Source: Octopus sinensis (Eukaryota). From it: 64,000 nucleotides of DNA. The translations under genes were made by a program, and so were the position numbers. The stretch's first letter is position 1. Each line of letters begins with the position of its first letter. The notes beneath the pieces were generated by a model. The model made no database searches. It saw nothing but the letters and a program-made list of their open reading frames with translations, and was not told where the DNA came from. Below, piece after piece: positions 38,316-51,554 of the stretch. Where the stretch lies: NCBI RefSeq assembly GCF_006345805.1, contig NC_043004.1, forward strand, positions 59,892,001 through 59,956,000. The letters run 5' to 3'.

Positions 38316-38546
38316 GGCTGCGAGCTGGCAGAAACGCTAGCCCGCCGGGCGAAATGCGTAGCCGTATTTCGTCTGCCGTTACGTTCTGAGTTCAAATTCC
38401 GTCAAGGTCGACTTTACCTTTCATCCTTTCGGGGTCGATAAATTAAGTACCAATTACGCACTAGGGTCGATGTAATCGACTTAATCCATTTGTCTGTCCT
38501 TGTTTGTCCCCTCTATGTTTAGCCTCTTGTGGGTAGTAAAGAAATA
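38316..38546 (+). mobile_element. SINE family B, full length
   Basis: Close match to 9236-9466. Confidence 0.9.
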
Positions 38547-38694
38547 TATGTATATATGTATGGATATATATATGTGTATATATATATATATATATTTATA
38601 ATAGGATTAGCTCGTATACGAGTAGGTATATATTTGTAAAAAATGAAGTTCGAAAATGCTGCTGTATTATACAATTTTTAATTTTTATATATAC

Positions 38695-38738
38695 ATTATA
38701 ACATGTTTCAGTTCCTGAAATGAACCTTATCAAAAAAA
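38695..38738 (-). ncRNA. Decayed hammerhead-like motif downstream of the Penelope ORF
   Basis: Minus: UUGAUAA GGUUC-AUUUCAG-GAACU GAA ACAUGU U; three transitions from canonical; stem I poor. Confidence 0.35.
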
Positions 38739-39116
38739 GTTATATATAAAAAAAGAGACAGCTCATGCCGTCAAACACAAGAAATTCATTTATAATACAC
38801 AACGGAGTCAGACATCTTAGAGTTCATGTATAGTTGATATATAGTTCATGTATAGTTGATATATAGTTTGAAGTATATGTTCAAAGTGTTCGATGCAGTG
38901 GCCCACGGTGGCGATACGTATTCAATACAAAAAACAGATCAAAGTGGTGGAAAGCGGTCAATACAGAAGATTGATGTTTCCGAAAGAGCGAGGAATTCAT
39001 TTTTACCTTAAGCAATTGTGATGACCCATGGTGGAAGTTCGCTGGGTGGTTCTAGTGATTTTTTGTGAAATGCTCGGTTTTATAATGCCTGTTAGGTGGT
39101 CAATCTAGCGTAGCGT

Positions 39117-39449
39117 GACGTCATCAATGTTTTGACCAATCGTTTCGTTAGGTGGCTTTAATCAAGTGGAATGGGACGTCATCATTATTTTGACCAATCG
39201 CTGCATTATAACTCCCTCTTGTTTGTTTCCTGTCTTGACCAGTCGCTTCGTTAGTCAAGCATAGCGGGACATCATCCAGATTCTGCCCAATCACGACTTA
39301 TAGCTACATTAGATCTGCCCCCTGTCTGTACTTGTTAGGTGACTATTCAAGCAGAAAAGGACGTCATCAATATTCTGACTAATGACTGTCCCCTGTTTGT
39401 ATCCTGTCCATTCTAGCAGAGCTAGACGTCATCAACTTGTTGACCAATC
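39117..39449. promoter_or_regulatory. Five copies of GACGTCATCA-N6-TGACCAATC (CRE-like plus CCAAT)
   Basis: Copies start at 39117, 39175, 39268, 39360 and 39425 with an invariant 6-nt spacer; regulatory role is inferred. Confidence 0.5.
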
Positions 39450-39629
39450 AGAATCGGGTCTGACCCTTAGCTGTATCGTATGTATCAGGGTCAGATTTGC
39501 ATGAAAGAATTTTTTTCCCTTTTTTACTAAGGCATATTTCCGTCAGAGTGAGTGTCTGTTTGAAGTAGCGGCCGTGGTGAAATTTGGTTCTCCTTTTCGG
39601 AGGACTTATCTTTTGTTTTAGTATTCCTG

Positions 39630-40308
39630 GCCCAGGGTGTTTAAACTTGGTCTAAATTTTTTTATGAATATAGTTCTTTATTTGGCGTTGTGTGAAGGTT
39701 GCGTTGTCACTGAATTTATAGAGCGGGTTAGTTGTAAATTTCGGATTTACATTTCCAGCACATCTATCTATGTGTCCGCTGACCGGTATTTTGCGGTAAT
39801 CAGGGTTTCTAATTTGTGATTTATGCACCGCCATCCTGTTACGTAAGCTATTTTTTGTATGGCCTATATACTGCCTATTGCAGCCTGCGCATGTTATGAC
39901 GTAAATAAGTTTTCTGATGCGCAGGTGAAGTTTGTTCTAATGGTGAACTGGTGGCCTTGTTCCAGTATAAATTCTGATCCTTCTTTCAAAATGACACAGA
40001 TTCCGCAGTTGGGCCTTCCACATTTTCTAACTGCTGGTTTTGTGGTTGATGTTGAGTGCAGTGTAGCTTGGGTTAAAATCCTTTTCAAGGATTTTGGTTG
40101 CCGTTTACTTTTAATGATGGTGTGTGTTTCGAGGATCCGGTTCATCTTTGGGTCTCCCTTTAGTAGGGCTGTGCTTTGTAGTATGGTGTTGAAGGCCTCA
40201 TTGTTGAGTGGGTTGTGTGTAGAGATGTAGGGAAGGGTTTTTAATTGTTCTTTCTTTTTTGGTTTTGTTTGTCTCAGGTCTTCTATACTTAATTTAAGTA
40301 CCCGTTGG

Positions 40309-40310
<2 letters not shown>
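39630..40310 (-). pseudogene. Penelope-like element, GIY-YIG endonuclease and linker region
   Basis: LPYISTHNP...KCGRPNCGIC...NFTCASENL / IYVITCAGCNRQYIGHTKNSLRNRMAVHKSQIR...VSGH; frameshifts; truncated upstream by microsatellite. Confidence 0.85.
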
Positions 40311-40359
<49 letters not shown>

Positions 40360-41389
40360 GATATAGATAAGGCAAAAATACATACTTCATGCACAATCAC
40401 ATGAGCACGCATGTACACGCTACTGGCACAAGCACACGTTAACTGCACACACACACACACACACTCTCGCTCTCTCTCTCACACACACATACATACACGC
40501 AACCATACAAAACACACCTGATTGCTTTACACGTACATACAATACACAGTCTCTTTCTGTGTTTGTTTGTTTCTATATATGTGTGTGTGTCTGTGTGTTT
40601 TTGCGTGTAGTTTTATACGTGTATTTGTATGTGTGTATATATGTGTGTTTATATCTGTTCTGTTTCTCTTTTTAATTTTAGAGTAAATTTTGACAGGCCA
40701 CCTCCTTGGTAGCAAGGTTGTAAAAGAAGGCATCTTATTTTAACCACCACCCTCCGTGTGTCTGCGTGTTTTCTATGCATGTATGTATGTAGGAATGTAT
40801 GTATATCTGTGCCTCTGTGTGAGCAAAGTATATTAGCGTATAACGTTGGGCTTCATTATGCAGGAATCATATTTGTTTGGAAGGTATTAAATTGAATAAA
40901 TACAAAACAAAAAATATATGTTTATGTTTTTCTTGTAGTTCTACTTCTTGAAACTATAACATTATACTATATATAATGTGTCTAATATTTATATAGGTTG
41001 TCGTTTTATATTTTCGTTGTTTTGAAGGAAACGCTAGTATTTATTAAGATAAAGAAAAACTTACACTACTTTCCCATTTTAGATATTTTTGTAGAAAAAT
41101 TGGTTGATTTGTTTCAGATTTTCATTAAAATATGCAAATTTCCTTTAAAATTGTTAAAATTGCTTTCGAGTAATATTTGGAAATAAATGTAAAGACAAAC
41201 AGATGGAAATATAATTGCCAAACTAAACGACAAAAATTGTAATACATTATGATATTTGTAGCTATTGCTTTAAGGAAATATATTGGTTTGTTTGGAATGT
41301 ACACAGTCCCAACTTAGTTTTGTTTTGACAGCGACTGCTCTGTATTAGTTTGAAGTTTATTAATTTCACTCACCTTCTATAGATTTTTA

Positions 41390-41523
41390 TGCATATATGT
41401 ATGTAATGTATGTACGTATACATGTTTTTATGAATGTATGTAGCTTGTATGTTCTTATGTATATATACATACATATATACATATATATATGTGGATATAT
41501 ATATATATATAATATATATATAG

Positions 41524-41554
<31 letters not shown>

Positions 41555-41556
41555 AT

Positions 41557-41597
<41 letters not shown>

Positions 41598-41599
41598 TG

Positions 41600-41697
<98 letters not shown>
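41390..41697. repeat. (TA)n-rich tract
   Basis: Read directly from the sequence. Confidence 0.9.
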
Positions 41698-41773
41698 GCG
41701 CAAAAGTTGCTGTGTGGTAAGTATATTGGTTATCAATCACATGGTTCCGGGTTCAGTCACACTTCATGGCATC
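41698..41773 (+). mobile_element. SINE family A head fragment
   Basis: gctgtgtggtaagt...cacatggttccgggttcagtc. Confidence 0.7.
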
Positions 41774-41877
41774 AATGAACAAGAATAAAATAAGATTTCG
41801 TAATGATAGAAATGATAATAATAGTTTTGGTAAGAACATTAATAATAATAAAATAAATAAACCCGAAATTGGCATGA

Positions 41878-42140
41878 ATGAAAGTACAATTCACACTGTG
41901 CATCCCAGCATTGCCTAATGCTAACAGCAGACCCCATAAAGGACGCAAAAAGTGTCCGAGTAGATGTCCGATTAGTGGAAATTGTTGCCATGATAATGTT
42001 ATTTATAAATGTAGCGCTGAAACACAAAATGGCCAGGGAAAAATATATATTGGTAGATCGATAGACTTCAAGCAGTGGTACCGAAGCCACATAAGTTCTT
42101 TTAACGATCCTCAATATAGAACATCTACGGCATTGTCACC
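41878..42140 (+). pseudogene. Penelope-like GIY-YIG fragment, second family
   Basis: CPSRCPISGNCCHDNVIYKCSAETQNGQGKIYIGRSIDFKQWYRSHISSF...YRTSTALS. Confidence 0.75.
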
Positions 42141-42681
42141 ATATGATATCATAAGTATTTTTTTTCTGGACACATTGGTAATTCTTGTCTTGTTTCAGTA
42201 CTAACTTCATTTCACTACTATCAATCTACACTAGGTCCCCCTATGTATAGAAATAACACGTAAATATTTCTCTAGGCTATGTCTACTTCACTCTTTTGCC
42301 TATTGACTTCAAGCTCCACGCCGCAATATGGCATGATTTTAATATATTGAGCCTTCTGGCCTCTTTTTGGGGCCCTGTTCTTTCCTCTTCCCTCTTCCTT
42401 TCGTTCGTTTTATTTTACGCTTTTGTATTCAATATGGTGCCGTTCCATGTACTAGATCGAATGTGCTATGAAAATGACGAATATTATTTTCGGAATTTCT
42501 TTTGTAAGCACCGACCAACACTGGAACCGTAAACGACGGTAAGAACAGTTATGCCACGTTTTGTAGTAAGAAACAATCAACAGATGTGGTTCAATTTGTT
42601 TGATTATTGATCATAACATAATTTTCTCATTTTTCTATATTTATATATATATATACATATATATAATATATATATATATAT

Positions 42682-42729
<48 letters not shown>

Positions 42730-42766
42730 ATATATGCATATATGTATATGTATACATATATATATA

Positions 42767-43959
42767 TTGGATTGACAACTAAGTTCCCGCAGTTTTTTAA
42801 TTAAAATTTTTGAAGAGGTTTAATAAAAAATAGCTAATTAATCAATGATGTATTTACTTTTGTTCTCTACAACTTCTTCCCAACGTTGAACAAGATTTTC
42901 AACACCTGGTTTGTAAAAATCGCCCGATTTCGACTCGAAAAATTAACCCTACCAAGCTCTCAATTCTGCATCAGTATTGGACGGAACTCTGCGCATAGCG
43001 TGTGAAAAAGATCGAAAGAGGTGGAAACCCGTTGGTACCAAACCAGGAGAGTACACTGGGAGTGGCTTCACAGCCATGCGTTTGAATGACTTCCTTAGTC
43101 ATATTGGTGATATGAGGGCGGGCGTTGTGCAGCAGAAGAACTCCATGCTGCCGATTAGGTCTTTCCACTTGAATAGCCGTGTTGAGTCGTCCCATCTGTT
43201 GAACATAGAGTTCCGCGTTGACCGTTTGGTTCCGTTCAAGCAATTCGTAATGGATAATCCCTTCCCAGTCCCACCATACGCACAACATCGTTTTACGCGG
43301 ATGAAGATCTTGTTTCACGTGTGGTGTCGCTTCTTTACCGGGGCTAAGCCATTCCTTACACAGCTTCATATTGATGTACATGCACCATTTTCGTCGCCAG
43401 TAGCGATTCGGTAAAAAAATCGTTGCTAGTATCCATGTGTTGAGCGGTGACTAGCAAGCAAACCAGCGGAGATTGTGGCTCGTTGACTTTTGTTTTTTCA
43501 ATTAAAGCATGCGGAACCCATGCTCCATACTTCTGAAACTTTGCCATCGAGTGAAGATGCTTCTCTATAGCAGTGTGGGAGCATTCCATTTTCTCTGCCA
43601 GTTTCCTTGTCGTTTGACGAGAATTTTCGTTCAAAAGTTGGTGAATCGCTCTTCATGGAATTCAAGTGGACGGCCAGAACGAGGTGCGTCTTTGGGGGAA
43701 AATGTTCTATTTTTGTACTCGGTATACCAATCACGAGCGGTTCTTTCAACTATGGCACACTCTCCATACACAGTACAAATGTCGCGAGAAGCTTTTGCAG
43801 CCTTAGAACCTTGATAAAAAGTAAAAAGAAGGAGGTGTCGAACATGCTCGTATTTCTTAAATTGACATTCCATTTTAATGATCCGAAATTAAACAAAACT
43901 TAACTAAAACTAACTAGAAAAATATAGATTCCAAAATCTAAAAAACGGCGGATACCGAA
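42767..43959 (-). mobile_element. Mariner transposon, near full length, inactivated
   Basis: TA|TTGGATTGACAACTAAGTTCCC TIR; PRSGRP, WVPHAL, LHPRKTMLCVWW, LHNARPH motifs; frameshifts; other TIR decayed. Confidence 0.9.
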
Positions 43960-43973
43960 TATGTGTATGTATG

Positions 43974-44033
<60 letters not shown>

Positions 44034-44060
44034 GTACATATATGTACACACCACACAATC

Positions 44061-44128
<68 letters not shown>

Positions 44129-44254
44129 TAATATATATATGTATGTGTATACATAGAGATATGCATGCAAAATTCATATAATGGTACATTATATTATACA
44201 TATGTTTGTGTGTCTATATACATACACATGCATACATAGAAACAAATACACATT

Positions 44255-44300
<46 letters not shown>

Positions 44301-44420
44301 CACATCCGGACTTACACATGCAAACGACACTGAGAAAGTAAGTACTCCTGTAGTGAATACTACAATGATTATGATCCTGGCGAAGATGAGGTTATAAATT
44401 CAGTGAATTCTTATTACAAA

Positions 44421-44814
44421 CTAGCAGTATCGCCCGGCGTTGCTCGGGTTTGTAAGGGAAATAACTATATAAGCATTTTTAGAGATGTAAAGTATAATAG
44501 CCATCTCAATATGGCTAACCACAAAGGGGGGGGGTTACTGTAGCTTTTTACGTTCTGAGACTCAATAATAAATTTTGAGAGAGTTACTTCCCTTATATAT
44601 GCCAAAAATGCATTAAAATGGGAAAAAATGTTGGTAAATTTTTTTAAAATCGTAGACTCATCGTAGACGCGCGCTAATACCCAAAAGGGCTCGATATGAA
44701 TCACGACTATAAGATACCTGGTTTTGGTTAAACTGCACCGCAAAATGTGAGAGTAGTTAGGAATCTAAATCGTAGGAGACAGACAGCACACAACCTCAAT
44801 TTTATATATAAAGA
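44421..44814 (-). mobile_element. Complete non-autonomous Helitron (394 bp)
   Basis: Minus: A|TC...5' end at 44814, subterminal hairpin CCCGAGCAACGCCGGG, CTAG|T 3' end at 44421; sits between A and T with no duplication. Confidence 0.8.
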
Positions 44815-46408
44815 TGTGAAAATATTCATGAGTTGAACTGACGATACCAGTTTGGGTAGTTCCTCATTGTTTAGCAAGCAATTATCGTCTCGAAGAAATA
44901 TCGTTCCTGTAAACACGTCGTGTTATAATGCCTTGTTTATGAGATGCGTATCACAGAATTATCGATGCCTTTAGTATAAGCTACTACACTATTGCTTGGC
45001 TGCTGTTATGACGCATAGTTTTTGATGATGTGATGTGAGCTACATGGGGTATCATATCTCAACACATCACATTTTTTTTTTCACTTCTCTTGTCTATCTC
45101 GTATAATATGAGCTCACAGTCGACACAGATAATATATGATTAGAGAGTTAAAAAACAAAGCATCGTAATCGGAAATAAATGATTATTTAATAAGTGAAAT
45201 TATGCAGAACCCTCTGTATATCAATATGAATCCTTCCAAATTACTATCTAAATTAGTCAATTGAAAGCGTAAGCGCTCAAATTGTAGTGTCACATCTATA
45301 TTCCAGGACGAAACTAAAAAGAAAAATAATGTTCTAGAAATATTGTGTAGCCTAATTCTTGCTGCTGTTTCTGTCGTTTTAGCCGCTAGTTATCCATGGT
45401 CCAGATAACACCTGGTCAACGATATTCCCGCCTGCTATCTCTTTCCTCATCAGAATATCTAGAAGTAAATTACTAAGTGTGATTTCCTTTTATTTATATC
45501 CGTTGGAAAGTACTTTTAGAGAGAATTAGATACCATTTCTTTGGTTTCAAATGATCATATATTACCGAGTCTTCCTTAGTATGGACTCACAATCCCTATT
45601 TCCATCGATGTTTGAACAAGCAACTCTATAAACTCAACTATTTGTTTATTCAGTAAGTCTGTGTACTAAATGTATAGAAAAATTTAATACGAAACACGCG
45701 GAAGTAGAGAAGAAAAGGAGATTGACAAAGACTTTTAAGGACTTATGGAAATGAGATGCAGTGTAGAATGATGGATGGAGAAAAAGTCAAGCGTAACAAG
45801 TGGGCTTACGTTGGTTTAGAAGAAATCTTCAACGTTCCAGTGAGATATACAAAAAGAACGAAGGTAGTGATCGAAAGCTAACCAGTTTTCAATTCTTAAA
45901 ACTAATGGCTACTTTAAGCTGATTACAGTGCGTCTGTCCACTTAAGTTGACATGAGTCGTTCGTTAAAATGAACTTTGCTCTGTCAAAACATTTTATGAA
46001 CGGATAATTTCAGTTTATTGATTATCCAGTAATTAGCGTTTAAAGCTCAAGATGTGCGGACATTTTCCTCGTACTCATAGCAACTCTCTCTCTCTCTTTT
46101 TCTGTCTTTCAACCTTATTCTAATGATTTGTCGATCTTTCTTAGTTCTATTCTTTTATTTAATCTCTTTTTACGCTCTTTTTTTTTGCTCGCATTTCTTC
46201 TGTTTGATTATTTATAATTACAAAGTCAATGACGTAGAAGAAACTACAGTGTCTAGAAGTGAATGCCTTAAAGCATTATTTTATCTCTTATAAAGTTGCA
46301 AATGCAAATCCAATTTCTAATCTCAAATCCCATTAACATTAAACCCTGTGTGATTGGATATTAGGGTCCCATTATGATACTAACCATTATATATGTACTG
46401 TTATACCT

Positions 46409-46638
46409 ATTTCTTTACTGCCCACAAGGGGCTACACACAGTGGGGACAAACAAGGACAGACAAACGGATTAAGTCGATGACATTGACCCCAGTGCGTAA
46501 CTGGTACTTAATTTATCGACCCCGAAAGGATGAAAGGCAAAATCGACTTCGGCGGAATTTGAACTCAGAACGTAACGGCAGACGAAAAACGGCTACATAT
46601 TTCGCCCGGCGTGCTAACCCTTCTGCCAGCTCGCCGCC
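46409..46638 (-). mobile_element. SINE family B, full length
   Basis: Reverse complement of 9236-9466. Confidence 0.9.
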
Positions 46639-47269
46639 TTCAAAGTAACAAATCATTATTTGTAGACAAGTTTAGAGAGGTGACCTCGTACCATTGCTGT
46701 GGCTGCAAAAGGTGCCCTGCTCACTGTATTCTGCCTTGTCACATTCTAAATTCAATCCCCACTAAGCCCAACTGTCATTCTCCCTTTAGCTGCCGATCAC
46801 CAACTAAAAATAGTCAAGTAAATGATTCGATGCAATTGATTGTTTCACTGCATTGCAATTTAACGAATGGTCCTCTCATACATGGGCCGTTTAGAAAACA
46901 GAACATTCGACCGCTGCCAATTATGTGCTTTTTTTCGCTAGATGCATAAATGTCACCCTGATATTAATATAAACTCTTGAGGAGGCTGTTAAAATACAAA
47001 ATATTTCGAACAATATTAAGCATAAAATTTGAAGTGCAACACTAAAATAACTAAAATCTCTGCTTAAGTTTGAATTCAAAGTCAGAGAACGGATACAACT
47101 TCAGTAACTTTCACAGGAACGTTGCATGCTGAGGCCTGTTTTTATACTACAATTTATCCTTGACCAATGGAGCTAAGAAAGACCACATTAAAAATAACTA
47201 AATGTAGCGAGACAGGAAGTGTAACATTAACGCGGTAATAACACCTTATGTAACAAAACATACCTCATG

Positions 47270-47535
47270 TGCATTGCTCCAACGCCCGACACTATATCTG
47301 CGGTCATATGTAGTGTACAAAATCAATTGTGGCAAATGTATTGAATTCTGCTTCAAAAGTATAACATTTCGCATAAGATTTAAAGAACCCCTGTATGCTT
47401 CTTCCGTCAAAATATATTTACGGAATTGCCACAGCAAAGGCACATTCATTTTTCCGTTGAAGCTTCAGAAAGACGCATTTGGAACTCGAAAATAAAAGAG
47501 CAATGATCGAATAAATAACTGATCTGAACTAAACG
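47270..47535 (+). pseudogene. Strongly decayed Penelope-like GIY-YIG C-terminus, third family
   Basis: LRSYVVYKINCGKC...FRIRFKE...SSVKIYLRNCH...ELN; the YIG half is missing. Confidence 0.45.
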
Positions 47536-48384
47536 TAGCTAAGTGGCCATATAGAAACTTAAAACAACCCTGCGTACACACATGCTAGGTGGCAGAGAAT
47601 TCAGCTATCAACACATATTCTCGGCAGATCTCATGAAGAAAAGACCTAAAGCTGAAATATTGAAATGCAAGGTAATAGAACTGACCATAGACCTGAATTA
47701 TAACTTTTTTTATAGCATAAGTGGAAGAAAATTAAATTCTGAATTAAAATAAGCTCAGTAATGCAAACGTTATCGGTATCATTTCCACAGTGCGTTTGTT
47801 TTGTTTATACACCTATAAGCTGTGAGAGAGCGTGCTGAGGAATGTTCCTTCATACGTCTATTCTTAAACAAAAAGAGGTAACACTAAGTACCTCAGTTCA
47901 ACCGAAGAGCAAGACACAATTTATATGTGCACCAGTAATGTTTACCTTATTAGAAATGCTTTAAAGTCTAAATATCAACATGACTGTCTAAACTCAGCAT
48001 TTGTAGCGAGACACCACTATGTATGCACGAACCTGACGCGACGCAAACTGCAAAAAGTGCTGCAATGCAATAAGATGCACAACATCCCACCCCTAAAGGA
48101 CAGTCGCAGGATGGGTTGAAACGATCGTCGTGACGTGTATAGACTAATACCAAATACATCTATTTCCTTAATCGATTATTATCTCAACTAACAAAGCAGG
48201 ATTCCTGAAGTAAATCCAACGGAAATATGCCCAAATTGCAGATGATACTAGGTATCTCAAACTGTGCCTGTGCTTTACTCCACACACCGACACACTAATT
48301 GACCTATACCCATTTGTTCAAAAATTACATACATACATTCATACCTACATACATACATACATACATACACACATACATGCATCC

Positions 48385-48431
<47 letters not shown>

Positions 48432-48437
48432 GTATAA

Positions 48438-48471
<34 letters not shown>

Positions 48472-48472
48472 G

Positions 48473-48860
48473 CTCTTACTCTTTTACTTGTTTCAGTCAT
48501 TTGACTGCGGCCATGCTGGAGCACCGCCTTTAGTCGAGCAAATCAACCCCAGGACTTATTCTTTGTAAGCCTAGTACTTATTCTATCGTTCTCTTTTGCC
48601 GAACCGCTAAGTTACGGGGGCGTAAACACACCAGCACCGGTTGTCAAGTGATGTTGGGGGGGGGGGCAAACACAGACACAGAAACATATACACACACATA
48701 CAACATACACACATATATATATATATATATATGCAACGGGCTCCTTTCAGTTTCTGTCTACCAAATCCACTCACAAGGCTTTGGTCGGCCCGTGGCTATA
48801 GTAGAAGACACTTTGCCAAGGTGCTACGCAGTGGGACTGAACCCAGAACCATGTGGTTGG
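48473..48860 (-). mobile_element. SINE family A, head truncated
   Basis: Colinear with other copies. Confidence 0.88.
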
Positions 48861-50289
48861 TGCACATATTCACATACATGCAAACATATATGTATGCACG
48901 AATGTGTATGCGCGCACGGCGTATGCGTTAAGTATTATTTATTATCAGTTCTGTTTATTCCATGGTCAGTGTTTAGTGTATTTGAGATCTTGATCATCTA
49001 GGGTCTTGATCATAAATAACAAATTAATAAAATGAATGTCTGATCCATGCATCCTGATGTGCACTTGAGCAGGACTATCAATTTTTTGCTGCTCCAGGTA
49101 TTATATTAGCAATGCTTACCTGGATCAAAAATGGCGTGGGAGAAGCGCAGTCTCTTCTCTACACACATTGCCTAAAACAACTTTCAAAATTGAGGTACGT
49201 TTTAGTAGGCCATATTCGTTTGCGAGTGACTGCTTATGAAACTTCAAATCTACATAGAGTTAACTAAATTTCTATCTTTCTATAGAAGCAAATATTTTCC
49301 CATTTCTACACAGAGGCAAGTCTAATAATTTCCTACCATCGCAGTCGAATAATTTCCCCTACATATACAAGACAGAAAAGTGCAAATTTGTTTGCTTTTC
49401 GTCTTTCACATTTTTTTTTCCTTTTTGCTACTTGCGTTTTTATCATGTGCCAAACACACGTGCACACGCAAACGCGGACATGCACGAAGAGTAAATAAAT
49501 CATCCACGATGTAAAATTTATTACATTTTTTTTTATCACTCAATTTTCTTTTTACCTTTCGGTATGTTAATTTCACTCAAATTCTATCACTCTTTCTCTC
49601 GCGCTTTGTCTCTGTTTGCCTCTCTCCCTTTCTCTCTCTCTCTCTCCCTCATTTTTTCAATCCCTCTTTATGTCTCTATCTGTCTCTGAATTATATACTT
49701 AATAGCGCACATTTTTGCATGCATGGATACACGCACACGCGCAAATGCACACGCACACGAAAAATACATGTGCACGTGCATTATCAAAAATCTGTTTGAA
49801 ATCTAAAACTAATGCATTTTCTCACATATACATACATACACACACACACACATACATACATATATACATGTATCTGCATATGTATACAAACATGTGAATA
49901 TATATGTAAGCACGTGTACCTGTATGTGAGTTTCTGTTCGCATTTAACATCTCTCCTGCTTTTCACTAGACTTGTATGCATTACTTCACTCACTCCCTCT
50001 CTCTCATATTCTCTCTCCCTATCTCCCTATCCATCGTCCTCTCGATTTTTTTTTTCTACAGTTGTTCCCTTTCATGCAGAAATTTGAATAATGTTCCCTT
50101 TGATTTTTTTTTACTTGTAATCGACCTACTTATTTTTAATTCTTTTTTTATAAGTCTCCTTTCTATATCTCTACGTCAACGATTCTTCCAGAGATCACCG
50201 AATAAGTAAATAGATTGATTATATAGTTTATTCTGGAGATGTAAAAATCGCGAAATGTTAAAGCTAAGACATCCAGGTAAATTAATTAG

Positions 50290-51085
50290 GTAAGACAAAC
50301 GTAGCCGCAGCAGCAGCAGCAGCAGCATCCGTGTCAGTAGTTGTATTATTATTATTATTATCATTATTATTATTAGTAGTAGTAGTAGTAGATTAGTAGT
50401 AGTAGTAGTCGTAGTAGTAGTAGTAGTGGTGATTATGATGGTACTGGTGCGGGTAGTATTAGTAGTAGTATATTAGTAGCCATGGCGGTACTTGTGTTAG
50501 CAGTGGTCGTGCTTGCGGTGGTGGTGTTATTAGTTGTAGTATTAGTAGCTGTGGCGGTACTAGTAGTAGTAGTAGTGGTGGTGATGGTGGTGGTGGTGGT
50601 GGTGGTGTTGGTAGCCGTAGCGGTACTAGTAGTAGTAGTGGTGGTGATGGTGGTTTTGGTTGTGGTGTTAGTAGTGGTGGTGATATTGGTGGTGGTGTTA
50701 TTAGTAGTAGTATTAGTAGTTGTAGTGGTACTACTAGTATTAGTAGTTGTAGTAGAGGCAGCGGCAGTTGCAGCAGTAGCAGCAGAAATAGTAGTAGTAG
50801 TAGTGATGGTGGTGGTAGTAGTAGTATAGTAGTAGTAGTATTAGCAGTAGAGCAGTAGATGATGGTGTTGGTAGTAGTAGCATTACTACAAGTGATGGTG
50901 GTGGCGAGTAGTGGTGGTGGTGGGAGTAGTTGTAGTAGTAGTAGTAGTGAGTGTGATGGTGATTGTTGTAGTGTAGTAGCTGTATTACTACTAGCGATGG
51001 TGGTGGCGAGTAGTTGATGCTTGTGGTAGTAGTAGTAGTAGTTGTGGTAGTAGTGGTGGTTGTGGTCCTAGTAGTAGTAGTTGTT
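50290..51085. repeat. Long compound trinucleotide tract (TAG/GTG/TAT/CAG)
   Basis: Read directly from the sequence. Confidence 0.92.
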
Positions 51086-51361
51086 TTTTTTTTGCATATG
51101 TATTTCTTTTTGAGCCACAACACCGCACTCATCAGGTAGGCGATAGTACATCTTGGTTGATGTTCACTAAATTCACTGATCATAATAAGCTTTGTATTCA
51201 TGTTTTACTCCACAAAAGACACTGACTCTTAATTTACTTTATACATGCGATTGGCCGTATGAGTATTGAATTTGAGCCCTCCATCATATTTTCATAATTT
51301 GTATTTATGAGACGAAACATGCATGTACTCATGTCATCCAGTGAATATTATTGTCAAATAT

Positions 51362-51535
51362 TGGCTCAAGGCCAGCAATTTTGGAGGAGGGTCTAAGTGG
51401 ACTGGCACTTATTTTATCAACTCTAAAAGGATGACGGACAAAGTCGACCTCGGCGGAATTTGAACTCAGAAAGTGAAGACGTACAAAATAACGCTAAGGC
51501 TTTTGCCCGGAGTACTAACGATTCTACCAGCTCAC
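51362..51535 (-). mobile_element. Diverged SINE family B relative
   Basis: aaagtcgacctcggcggaatttgaactcagaa and ctaacgattctaccagctc blocks. Confidence 0.7.
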
Positions 51536-51554
51536 AGTCTTTAATTTGGAAATA

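Noticed and set aside
38821-38868. 22-bp direct repeat (similar short duplications near 48985 and 54350)
   Set aside because: Ordinary slippage duplications with no further structure.
39117-39449. Repeat-spacer pattern superficially like a CRISPR array
   Set aside because: Eukaryotic repeat context, variable repeat interior, irregular spacing and no cas genes.
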